The translations under genes were made by a program, and so were the position numbers. Of a stretch of DNA of 64,000 bases, positions 53,394 to 64,000 are shown one piece after another; the first letter of the stretch is position 1; each line of letters begins with the position of its first letter. This DNA is from Haplodiscus bocki (lineage: Eukaryota). The notes under the pieces were generated by a model. That model was not told the origin of the DNA. It did no database searches and saw only the letters and a program-made list of their open reading frames with translations. The stretch covers positions 94,426,001 through 94,490,000 of the forward strand of contig OZ296650.1 of the NCBI GenBank assembly GCA_965655095.1, written 5' to 3'.

Positions 53394-54947
53394 ATGAGAA
53401 ACTATAGAGATCAACGATTATGCAAAAAGGTTTCAGCAACGAAACATTGCAAATATATTTCAAATCAAACGATCACAGCGCATATTCATATTCCAGCGAT
53501 GCACGGACGAGTAGAGATCAAAAGGGACCTAAAGGTCAAAGGATCCAATAGACCAAAAAACATCGTCTGAAAAATTTATGTTCTTTCCAGAACCTTAGAA
53601 CTTCACAACAGAAGACGCACTTCCCAAATACTAAAACAATAGCAACTTTCGATTCATTCAGGAACCTAACAGCTTCAAATCATAACGTAAACCGTTCCTT
53701 CGTAACCAATTAGACGAACGAAGAACGCAAACACCAAAAACTTGGGTGTCAAAAGAAAAACAACCTCTATAGAGGGCTTCCAAAGGCATCTGTAAAGAAG
53801 AGACTTGAATTCTCAGACATCCAAGGTAGGTCATTCATTAACGTCTGGGCGAGGTTTCATTGGAAACCGCAACAGGGTGAGTCATCACATGAAAAAAAAA
53901 ACAGACACCAACGAAACGAAAAAAGTTATCTACATCAGAAAGTAGCAAAGCTAATTCGAATGAAACATTCAAACCAAACAATTCAGCTTGACAAGGAAGG
54001 TCAACTACTAATGTCTTCAGGGCTCCCATTAGAAACCACGATAAAGCTTATTAGCATCAGTACGTAGCGAACATATGGAAGTCAAATCAAACAATCAAAC
54101 ACCACGGAACCGAAGTACTCAGACATCCAAAGAAGGTCAGCCGATAACTTCTAGGCGAGGTTTCATCGGAAACATGACACGGTAAGTCATCACATGAAAA
54201 ACAAACAGAGACTAACGACGAATGCATAAGGAATTCCACATGAAAACCTACAGAGAAAAACGAAACGCAAAATGTGATCTACATCAAAAGGTAGCCGAGC
54301 CAATTCAAATGAAACATTCAAATCAAACAATTCAGCCATCAAAGGAACGTCTTCTACTTACGTCTTCAGGGTTTCCATTGGAAACCACGAAAGCTTATCA
54401 GCATCAGAACATATAGAAAATGGAGAAGTCAAATCAAACACCACGGAAACGAAGCATTCAGACATCCAAGGAAGGCCATTTATTAACATCTAGGCGAGGT
54501 TTTGCCGGAAACAGCGACGGTGTAAGTCATCATATGAGAAACTATAGAGATCAACGATTATGCAAAAAGGTTTCAGCAACGAAACATTGCAAATATATTT
54601 CAAATCAAGCGATCAAAGCGCATATTCCAGCGATCCTCGGACGACTAGAAATCAAAGGGGAGCAGAAAAGTCAAAGGATCCAATAAACCAAAAAACATCG
54701 TCTGAAAATTTCATGTTTTTTCCAGAACCCTAGAACTTCAAAACAGAAGACGCACTTCACAAACACTAAAACAATAGCAACTTTCACTTCATTCAGCAAC
54801 CTAACAGCTTCAAATCATAACGTAAACCGTCCCTTCGTAACCGATTAGACGAACGAAGAACGCAAACACCAAAAACTTGGGTGTCAAAAGAAAAACAACC
54901 TCTATAGAGGGCTTCCAAAGGCATCTGTTAAGAAGAAACTTGAAGAA

Positions 54948-55023
54948 TCAGACATCCAAGGAAGGTCATTCATTAACTTCTGGGCGAGGTTTCATTGGAA
55001 ACCGCGACAGGGTGAGTCATCAC
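54948..55023 (-). ncRNA. SNORD14: U14 snoRNA copy
   Basis: GTGATGA...GTCGCGGTTTC...CCTTCCTTGGATGT-CTGA. Confidence 0.87.
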
Positions 55024-55596
55024 ATGAAAAAAAAACAGAAACCAATAAAACGAAAGAAGTGATCTACATCAGAAAGTAGCAAAGCTAATTCAAATGAAAC
55101 AATCAAATCAAACAATTCAGCCATCAAAGGAAGAACGTAGTCTTCTACTTACGTCTTCAGGGTTTCCGTTGGAAACCACGGAAGCTTATCAGCATCAGAA
55201 CATAGCGAACATAGAGAAGTCAAATCAAACAATCAAACACCACGGAACCGAAGCACTCAGACATCCAAAGAAGGTCATCCATTAACTTCTAGGCGAGGTT
55301 TCATCGGAAACCGCGACACGGTAAGTCGTCACATGAAAAACAAACAGAGACCAACGACGAACGCATAAGGAATTCCACAAAGAAAACTACAGAGAAAAAC
55401 GAAACGCAAAATGTGATCTACATCAAAAGGTAGCAAAGCCAATTCAAAAGAAACATTCAAACCAAACAATTCAGCCATCCAAGGAACGTCTTCTACTAAC
55501 GTCTTCAGGACTTCCATTGGAAACCACGAAAGCTTATCAGCATTAGAACATTTAGAACATAGAGAAGTCAAATCAAACACCACGGAAACGAAGCAT

Positions 55597-55672
55597 TCAG
55601 ACATCCAAGGAAGGTCATTCACTAATTTCTAGGCGAGGTTTCATCGGAAACCGCGACAAGGTAAGTCATCAT
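55597..55672 (-). ncRNA. SNORD14: U14 snoRNA copy (representative, canonical boxes and guide)
   Basis: cat-ATGATGA-cttacctt-GTCGCGGTTTC-cgatgaaacctcgcctagaaattagtgaatga-CCTTCCTTGGATGT-CTGA-atg. Confidence 0.9.
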
Positions 55673-56735
55673 ATGAGAAACTATAGAGATCAACTATTAT
55701 GCAAAAAGGTTTCAGCAACGAAACATTGCAAATATATTTCAAATCAAACGATCAAAGCGCATATTCCAGCGATCCTCGGACGACTAGAGATCAGAAGGGA
55801 GCTAAAAAGTCAAAGGATACAACAAACCAAAAAACATCGTCTGAAAATTTCATGTTTTTTCCAGAACCCTAGAACTTCACAACAGAAGACGCACTTCCCA
55901 AATACTAAAACAATAGCAACTTTCGATTCATTCAGGAACCTAACAGCTTCAAATCATAACGTAAACCGTTCCTTCGTAACCGATTAGACGAACGAAGAAC
56001 GCAAACACCAAAAACTTGGGTGTCAAAAGAAAAACAACCTTTATAGAGGGCTTCCAAAGGCATCTGTAAAGAAGAGACTTGAATTCTCAGACATCCAAGG
56101 TAGGTCATTCATTAACGTCTGGGCGAGGTTTCATTGGAAACCGCGACAGGGTGAGTCATCACATGAAAAAAAAACAGAAACCAATAAAACGAAAAAAGTG
56201 ATCTACATCAGAAAGTAGCAAAGCTAATTCAAATGAAACAATCAAATCAAACAATTCAGCCATCAAAGGAAGAACGTAGTCTTCTACTTACGTCTTCAGG
56301 GTTTCCGTTGGAAACCACGAAAGCTTATCAGCATCAGAACATAGCGAACATAGAGAAGTCAAATCAAACAATCAAACACCACGGAACCGAAGCACTCAGA
56401 CATCCAAAGAAGGTCATCCATTAACTTCTAGGCGAGGTTTCATCGGAAACCGCGACACGGTAAGTCGTCACATGAAAAACAAACAGAGACCAACGACGAA
56501 CGCATAAGGAATTCCACATGGAAAACTACAGAGAAAAACGAAACGCAAAATGTGATCTACATCAAAAGGTAGCAAAGCCAATTCAAAAGAAACATTCAAA
56601 CCAAACAATTCAGCCATCCAAGGAACGTCTTCTACTAACGTCTTCAGGACTTCCATTGGAAACCACGAAAGCTTATCAGCATTAGAACATTTAGAACATA
56701 GAGAAGTCAAATCAAACACCACGGAAACGAAGCAT

Positions 56736-56811
56736 TCAGACATCCAAGGAAGGTCATTCACTAATTTCTAGGCGAGGTTTCATCGGAAACCGCGACAAGG
56801 TAAGTCATCAT
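56736..56811 (-). ncRNA. SNORD14: U14 snoRNA copy
   Basis: Same sequence as the 55597-55672 copy. Confidence 0.9.
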
Positions 56812-58359
56812 ATGAGAAACTATAGAGATCAACTATTATGCAAAAAGGTTTCAGCAACGAAACATTGCAAATATATTTCAAATCAAACGATCAAAGCGCA
56901 AATTCCAGCGATCCTCGGACGACTAGAGATCAGAAGGGAGCTAAAAAGTCAGAGGATACAACAAACTGAAAAACATCGTCTGAAAATTTCATGTTTTTTC
57001 CAGAAACCTAGAACTTCACAACAGAAGACGCACTTCCCAAATACTAAAACAATAGCAACTTTCGATTCATTCAGGAACCTAACAGCTTCAAATCATAACG
57101 TAAACCGTTCCTTCGTAACCAATTAGACGAACGAAGAACGCAAACACCAAAAACTTGGGTGTCAAAAGAAAAACAACCTCTATAGAGGGCTTCCAAAGGC
57201 ATCTGTAAAGAAGAGACTAGAATTCTCAGACATCCAAGGTAGGTCATTCATTAACGTCTGGGCGAGGTTTCATTGGAAACCGCGACAGGGTGAGTCATCA
57301 CATGAAAAAAAAACAGACACCAACGAAACGAAAAAAGTTATCTATATCAGAAAGTAGCAAAGCTAATTCGAATGAAACATTCAAACCAAACAATTCAGCT
57401 TGACAAGGAAGGTCAACTACTAATGTCTTCAGGGCTCCCATTAGAAACCACGATAAAGCTTATTAGCATCAGTACGTAGCGAACATATGGAAGTCAAATC
57501 AAACAATCAAACACCACGGAACCGAAGTACTCAGACATCCAAAGAAGGTCAGCCGATAACTTCTAGGCGAGGTTTCATCGGAAACATGACACGGTAAGTC
57601 ATCACATGAAAAACAAACAGAGACTAACGACGAATGCATAAGGAATTCCACATGAAAACCTACAGAGAAAAACGAAACGCAAAATGTGATCTACATCAAA
57701 AGGTAGCCGAGCCAATTCAAATGAAACATTCAAATCAAACAATTCAGCCATCAAAGGAACGTCTTCTACTTACGTCTTCAGGGTTTCCATTGGAAACCAC
57801 GAAAGCTTATCAGCATCAGAACATATAGAAAATGGAGAAGTCAAATCAAACACCACGGAAACGAAGCATTCAGACATCCAAGGAAGGCCATTTATTAACA
57901 TCTAGGCGAGGTTTTGCCGGAAACAGCGACGGTGTAAGTCATCATATGAGAAACTATAGAGATCAACGATTATGCAAAAAGGTTTCAGCAACGAAACATT
58001 GCAAATATATTTCAAATCAAGCGATCAAAGCGCATATTCCAGCGATCCTCGGACGACTAGAAATCAAAGGGGAGCAGAAAAGTCAAAGGATCCAATAAAC
58101 CAAAAAACATCGTCTGAAAATTTCATGTTTTTTCCAGAACCCTAGAACTTCAAAACAGAAGACGCACTTCACAAACACTAAAACAATAGCAACTTTCACT
58201 TCATTCAGCAACCTAACAGCTTCAAATCATAACGTAAACCGTTCCTTCGTAACCGATTAGACGAACGAAGAACGCAAACACCAAAAACTTGGGTGTCAAA
58301 AGAAAAACAACCTCTATAGAGGGCTTCCAAAGGCATCTGTTAAGAAAAAACTTGAAAAA

Positions 58360-58435
58360 TCAGACATCCAAGGAAGGTCATTCATTAACGTCTGGGCGAG
58401 GTTTCATTGGAAACCGCGACAGGGTGAGTCATCAC
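58360..58435 (-). ncRNA. SNORD14: U14 snoRNA copy
   Basis: Canonical box C, domain A, domain B and box D. Confidence 0.87.
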
Positions 58436-59008
58436 ATGAAAAAAAAACAGAAACCAATAAAACGAAAAAAGTGATCTACATCAGAAAGTAGCAAAGCTAA
58501 TTCAAATGAAACAATCAAATCAAACAATTCAGCCATCAAAGGAAGAACGTAGTCTTCTACTTACGTCTTCAGGGTTTCCGTTGGAAACCACGAAAGCTTA
58601 TCAGCATCAGAACATAGCGAACATAGAGAAGTCAAATCAAACAATCAAACACCACGGAACCGAAGCACTCAGACATCCAAAGAAGGTCATCCATTAACTT
58701 CTAGGCGAGGTTTCATCGGAAACCGCGACACGGTAAGTCGTCACATGAAAAACAAACAGAGACCAACGACGAACGCAAAAGGAATTCCACATGGAAAACT
58801 ACAGAGAAAAACGAAACGCAAAATGTGATCTACATCAAAAGGTAGCAAAGCCAATTCAAAAGAAACATTCAAACCAAACAATTCAGCCATCCAAGGAACG
58901 TCTTCTACTAACGTCTTCAGGACTTCCATTGGAAACCACGAAAGCTTATCAGCATTAGAACATACAGAACATAGAGAAGTCAAATCAAACACCACGGAAA
59001 CGAAGCAT

Positions 59009-59084
59009 TCAGACATCCAAGGAAGGTCATTCACTAATTTCTAGGCGAGGTTTCATCGGAAACCGCGACAATGTAAGTCATCAT
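59009..59084 (-). ncRNA. SNORD14: U14 snoRNA copy
   Basis: Canonical box C, domain A, domain B and box D. Confidence 0.88.
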
Positions 59085-59482
59085 ATGAGAAACTAGAGAC
59101 CAAGGATTATGCAAAAATGGCTCAGCAACAAAACGTTTCAAATTTAAATCAAATCAAACAATCAAAGCGCACATTCCAGCGATCCAGGTACGAGCAGAGC
59201 TCAAAAGGCCGCTAAAAAACGCAAATCATACAATAAACCAAATCACCTGAGAATTATTTTTTCCAGAACCTTAGAAATTCACAAGAAGCACTTCAGAAAT
59301 GCTAAGACAATAGCAACTTTGATTTCTATCAGGAACCTAACAGCTTCAGATAATACTGCAAACCGCTCCTTCGTAACCGATTAGACAAACGGAGAACGCA
59401 AACAGCAAAAAACTTGGGACACAAGAAAAACAATCTCTATAGAGAGCTTCCAAAGGCATCTGTTAGGAAGAGACTTAAATAC

Positions 59483-59558
59483 TCAGACATCCAAGGAAGG
59501 TCATTCCTTAACGTCTGGGCGAGGTTTCATTGGAAACCGCGACAGGGTGAGTCATCAC
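59483..59558 (-). ncRNA. SNORD14: U14 snoRNA copy
   Basis: Canonical box C, domain A, domain B and box D. Confidence 0.86.
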
Positions 59559-60618
59559 ATGAAAAAAAAACAGAAACCAATGAAACGAAAAAAGTGATCT
59601 ACATCAGAAAGTAGCAAAGCTAATTCAAATGAAACATTCAAACCAAACGAATCAGCCTTGCAAGGAACATCTTCTACTAACGCCTTCAGGGCTCCCATTA
59701 GAAACCACGATGAAGCTAATTAGCATCAAAACATAGCGAACATAGAGAAGTCAAATCAAACAATCAAACACCACGGAACCGAAGCACTCAGACATCCAAA
59801 GAAGGTCATCCATTAACTTCTAGGCGAGGTTTCATCGGAAACCGCGACAGGGTAAGTCATCACAAGAAAAACAAACAGAGACCAACGACGAACGCATAAG
59901 GAATTCCACATGGAAAACTACAGAGAAAAAGGAAACGCAAAATGTGATCTACATCAAAAGGTAGCAAAGCCAATTCAAAAGAAACATTCAAACCAAACAA
60001 TTCAGCCATCCAAAGAACGTCTTCTACTAACGTCTTCAGGGCTTCCATTGGAAACCACGAAAGCTTATCAGCATTAGAACATATAGAACATAGAGAAGTC
60101 AAATCAAACACCACGGAAACGAAGCATTCAGACATCTAAGGAAGGTCATTCACTAACTTCTAGGCGAGGTTTCATTGGAAACCGCGACAAGGTAAGTCAT
60201 CAGATGAGAAACTACAGAGAACAAGGATTATGCAAAAGTGGCTCAGCAACAAAACATCGCAAATATAAATGAAATCAATCGATCAAAGCGCACATTCCAG
60301 TGATTCAGCGACGAGCAGAGATGAAAAAGCCCCTAAAAAAAGCAAATCATACAATAAACCGACACAAATGTTCGGAGAATTAAATGTTTTTCCCAGAACC
60401 TTAGAACATTACAATGTAAGAAACACTGCACTTCAGAAAAGCTGATACAATAGCAATTTTCATTTAAATCAGGGAGCTAACAGTTTCAGGAATAAACGCA
60501 AACCGCTCCTACGTAACCGATTAGACGAACTGAGAACGCAAACACCAAAAAACTTGACAGGAAAAACAATCTCTCTACAGAGCTTCCAAAGGCATCTGTT
60601 AGGAAAAGACTTAAAAAC

Positions 60619-60694
60619 TCAGACATCCAAGGAAGGTCATTCATTAACGTCTGGGCGAGGTTTCATTAGAAACCGCGACAGGGCAAGTCATCAC
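60619..60694 (-). ncRNA. SNORD14: U14 snoRNA copy
   Basis: Canonical box C, domain A, domain B and box D. Confidence 0.86.
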
Positions 60695-61309
60695 ATGAAA
60701 AACAAACAAAGACCAACGACGAACGCATAATGAAATGCACAGGATAAACAAACAGAGACCAACGAAACGCAAAAAGTGATCTACATCAGAAAGTAGCAAA
60801 GCTAATTCAAATGAAACATTCGAACCAAACGAATCAGCCTTGCAAGTAACATCTTCTACTAACGTCTTCAGGGCTCCCATTAGAAACCACGATGAAGCTT
60901 ATTAGCATCAGAACATAGCGAACATAGAGAAGTCAAATCAAACAATCAAACACCACGGAAACGAAGCACTCAGACATCCAAAGAAGGTCATCCATTAACT
61001 TCTAGGCGAGGTTTCATCGGAAACCGCGACAGGGTAAGTCATCACATGAAAAACAAACAGAGACCAACGACGAACGCATAAGGAATTCCACATGGAAAAC
61101 TACAGAGAAAAACGAAACGCAAAATGTGATCTACATCAAAAGGTAGCAAAGCCAATTCAAAAGAAACATTCAAACCAAACAATTCAGCCATCCAAGGAAC
61201 GTCTTCTACTAACGTCTTCAGGGCTTCCATTGGCAACCACGAAAGCTTATCAGCATTAGAACATATAGAACATAGAGAAGTCAAATCAAACAACACGGAA
61301 ACGAAGCAT

Positions 61310-61385
61310 TCAGACATCCAAGGAAGGTCATTCACTAACTTCTAGGCGAGGTTTCATTGGAAACCGCGACAAGGTAAGTCATCAT
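61310..61385 (-). ncRNA. SNORD14: U14 snoRNA copy
   Basis: Canonical box C, domain A, domain B and box D; CAT/ATG stem. Confidence 0.88.
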
Positions 61386-61800
61386 ATGAGAAACTACAGA
61401 GAAAAAGGATTATGCAAAAGTGAATCAGCAACAAAATATTGCAAACATAAATCAAATCAAAGGATCAAAGCTCACATTCCAGTGATTCAGCGACGAGCAG
61501 AGATGAAAAAGCCCCTAACAAAAGCAAATCATACAATAAACCGACACAAATGTTCGGAGAATTAAATGTTTTTCCCAGCACCTTAGAACATTACAACGTA
61601 AGAAACACTGCACTTCAGAAAAGCTGATACAATAGCAATTTTCATTTAAATCAGGGAGCTAACAGTTTCAGGAATAAACGCAAACCGCTCCTACGTAACC
61701 GATTAGACGAACTGAGAACGCAAACACCAAAAAACTTGACAGGAAAAACAATCTCTCTACAGAGCTTCCAAAGGCATCTGTTAGGAAAAGACTTAAAAAC

Positions 61801-61876
61801 TCAGACATCCAAGGAAGGTCATTCATTAACGTCTGGGCGAGGTTTCATTAGAAACCGCGACAGGGCAAGTCATCAC
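61801..61876 (-). ncRNA. SNORD14: U14 snoRNA copy
   Basis: Canonical box C, domain A, domain B and box D. Confidence 0.86.
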
Positions 61877-62999
61877 ATGAAAAACAAACAAAGACCAACG
61901 ACGAACGCATAATGAAATGCACAGGATAAACAAACAGAGACCAACGAAACGCAAAAAGTGATCTGCATCAAAAAGTAGCAAAGCTAAAACAAATAAAACA
62001 TTCAATCCAAACAGTTCAGCCATTCGAGGAGGGCCAATTACTAAAGTCTTCAGGGCTTGCATTGGAAACCACGATGAAGCTTAACAGCATCAAAACATAG
62101 CGAACATAGAGACGTCAAACGGAACACCAGGGAACCGAAGCGTTCATATATCCAAGGAAGGTCGCGTTCCTTAACTTGTAGGCGGGGTTTCATCGGAAAC
62201 CGCGACAGGGCAAGTCATCACATGAAAAACAAACAAAGACCAACGACGAACGCATAATGAAATGCACAGGATAAACAAACAGAGACCAACGAAACGCAAA
62301 AAGTGATCTGCATCAAAAAGTAGCAAAGCTAAAAAAAATAAAACATTCAATCCAAACAGTTCAGCCATTCGAGGAAGGCCAATTACTAAAGTCTTCAGGG
62401 CTTGCATTGGAAACCACGATGAAGCTTAACAGCATCAAAACGTAGCGAACATAATAATAATAATATTAATAATAATAAACGGAACACCAGGGAACCGAAG
62501 CCTTCATATATCCAAGGAAGGTCGCGTTCCTTAACTTGTAGGCGGGGTTTCATCGGAAACCGCGACAGGGTAAGTCATCACATGAGAAACTACAGAGAAC
62601 AAGGATTATGCAAAAGTGGCTCAGCAACAAAACATTGCAAATATAAATGAAAACAATCGATCAAAGCGCACCTTCCAGTGATTCAGCGACGAGCAGAGAT
62701 GAAAAAGCCCCTAAAAAAAGCAAATCATACAATAAACCGACACAAATGTTCAGAGAATTAAATGTTTTTCCCAGAACCTTAGAAAGTTACAATGTAAGAA
62801 CCACTGCACTTCAGAAAAGCTAATATATTAGCAAGCTTCATTTCTATCAGGAACCTAACAGTTTCAGGACATAACGCAAACAGCTCCTACGTAACCGATT
62901 AGACGAACGAGGACCGTAAACACCAAAAACTTGGGACACAAGAAAAACAATCTCTCTAGAGGGCTTCCAAAAGCGTCTGTTAAGAAGACACTCAAACAC

Positions 63000-63075
63000 T
63001 CAGACATCCAAGGAAGGTCATTCATTAACGTCTGGGTGAGGCTTCATTGGAAACCGCGACAGGGTGAGTCATCAC
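63000..63075 (-). ncRNA. SNORD14: U14 snoRNA copy
   Basis: Canonical box C, domain A, domain B and box D. Confidence 0.85.
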
Positions 63076-63303
63076 ACGAAAAACAAACAGGGACCAACAA
63101 AACGCAAAAAGTGATATACATCAAAAAGTAGCAAAGCTATTCACATGAAACATTCAAACCAAACAATTCAGCCATCCAATGAAAGTCAACTACTAAAGTA
63201 TTCAGTGCTCCTATAGGAAACCACGATAAAGCTTTTCAGCATCAGAACGTATGGAACACAGAGAAGTCAAATCAAACAATCAAAGACCACGGAACCGAAG
63301 CAT

Positions 63304-63379
63304 TCAGACATCCAAGGAAGGTCAATCATTACCTTGTAGGCGAGGTTTCATCGGAAACCGCGACAGGCTAAGTCATCAC
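63304..63379 (-). ncRNA. SNORD14: U14 snoRNA copy
   Basis: Canonical box C, domain A, domain B and box D. Confidence 0.85.
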
Positions 63380-64000
63380 AAGAGAAACAAACAGAGACCA
63401 ACAAAACGCAAAAAGTGATCTGCATCAAAAAGTAGCAAAGCTAAAACAAATAAAACATTCAATCCAAACAGTTCAGCCATTCGAGGAAGGCCAATTACTA
63501 AAGTCTTCAGGGCTTGCATTGGAAACCACGATGAAGCTTAACAGCATCAAAACGTAGCGAACATAGAGAAGTCAAACGGAACACCAGGGAACCGAAGCGT
63601 TCATATATCCAAGGAAGGTCGCGTTCCTTAACTTGTAGGCGGGGTTTCATCGGAAACCGCGACAGGGTAAGTCATCACATGAGAAACTACAGAGAACAAG
63701 GATTATGCAAAAGTGGCTCAGCAACAAAACATTGCAAAAATAAATGAAATCAATCGATCAAAGCGCACATTCCAGTGATTCAGCGACGAGCAGAGATGAA
63801 AAAGCCCCTAAAAAAAGCAAATCATACAATAAACCGACACAAATGTTCGGAGAATTAAATGTTTTTCCCAGAACCTTAAAAAGTTACAACGTAAGAACCA
63901 CTGCACTTCAGAAAAGCTAATATATTAGCAAGCTTCATTTCTATCAGGAACCTAACAGTTTCAGGACATAACGCAAACAGCTCCTACGTAACCGATTAGA

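Larger units (their letters stand above)
50881..64000 (-). ncRNA. SNORD14: Tandem array of box C/D snoRNA U14 genes (~35 near-complete plus ~22 variant copies), continuing past the window end
   Basis: Minus-strand unit: (G/A)TGATGA [box C] - GTCGCGGTTTC [domain A] - ... - CCTTCCTTGGATGT [domain B, antisense to 18S ACATCCAAGGAAGG] - CTGA [box D], 76 nt from C to D. The 3' end CCTTCCTTGGATGTCTGA matches the U14 hallmark. Confidence 0.92.
50881..64000. repeat. Higher-order tandem repeat, ~1.14 kb period (3 U14 + 2 variant U14 + ~0.4 kb spacer)
   Basis: Equivalent U14 copies start at ~52667, 53813, 54948, 56087, 57226, 58360, 59483, 60619, 61801 and 63000. Identical ORF-track translations 3412 bp apart (54222/57634, 54420/57832). 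Confidence 0.95.

Noticed and set aside
50886-63625. 18S rRNA gene fragments (ACATCCAAGGAAGG on the + strand)
   Set aside because: The match is limited to 14 nt and abuts TCAG (box D on the minus strand); it is the U14 antisense guide, not rDNA.
50881-64000. CRISPR array or protein-coding repeat gene
   Set aside because: Eukaryotic context, the spacers are themselves repeated, and there are no cas genes. The short ORFs on both strands have inconsistent frames and stops between units.

Overview
AT-rich eukaryotic DNA, apparently from an invertebrate animal (spliceosomal introns, metazoan-type genes); the species cannot be fixed from sequence alone. From left to right: (1) a decayed minus-strand Ty3/Gypsy retrotransposon (~1-7.5 kb) carrying a TARG1/OARD1-like macrodomain between RNase H and integrase; (2) an ~800 bp fold-back MITE and other transposon remnants; (3) NHP2 (minus strand), immediately preceded by five tandem ~1.75 kb units whose outer ends coincide with a GT donor and the AG acceptor next to the ATG; (4) LINE fragments; (5) a multi-exon Twinkle mtDNA helicase gene whose ATG lies ~160 bp downstream of the VPS36 stop codon; (6) the last two coding exons of VPS36. 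The standout is 50.9-64 kb. What looks like satellite DNA is a minus-strand tandem array of about 35 near-complete and about 22 variant copies of the box C/D snoRNA U14 (SNORD14). The copies have box C, box D, domain A and the 18S guide CCTTCCTTGGATGT, form a ~1.14 kb higher-order repeat, apparently sit in a VPS36 intron, and run off the window end. Counts and alignments were done by eye.
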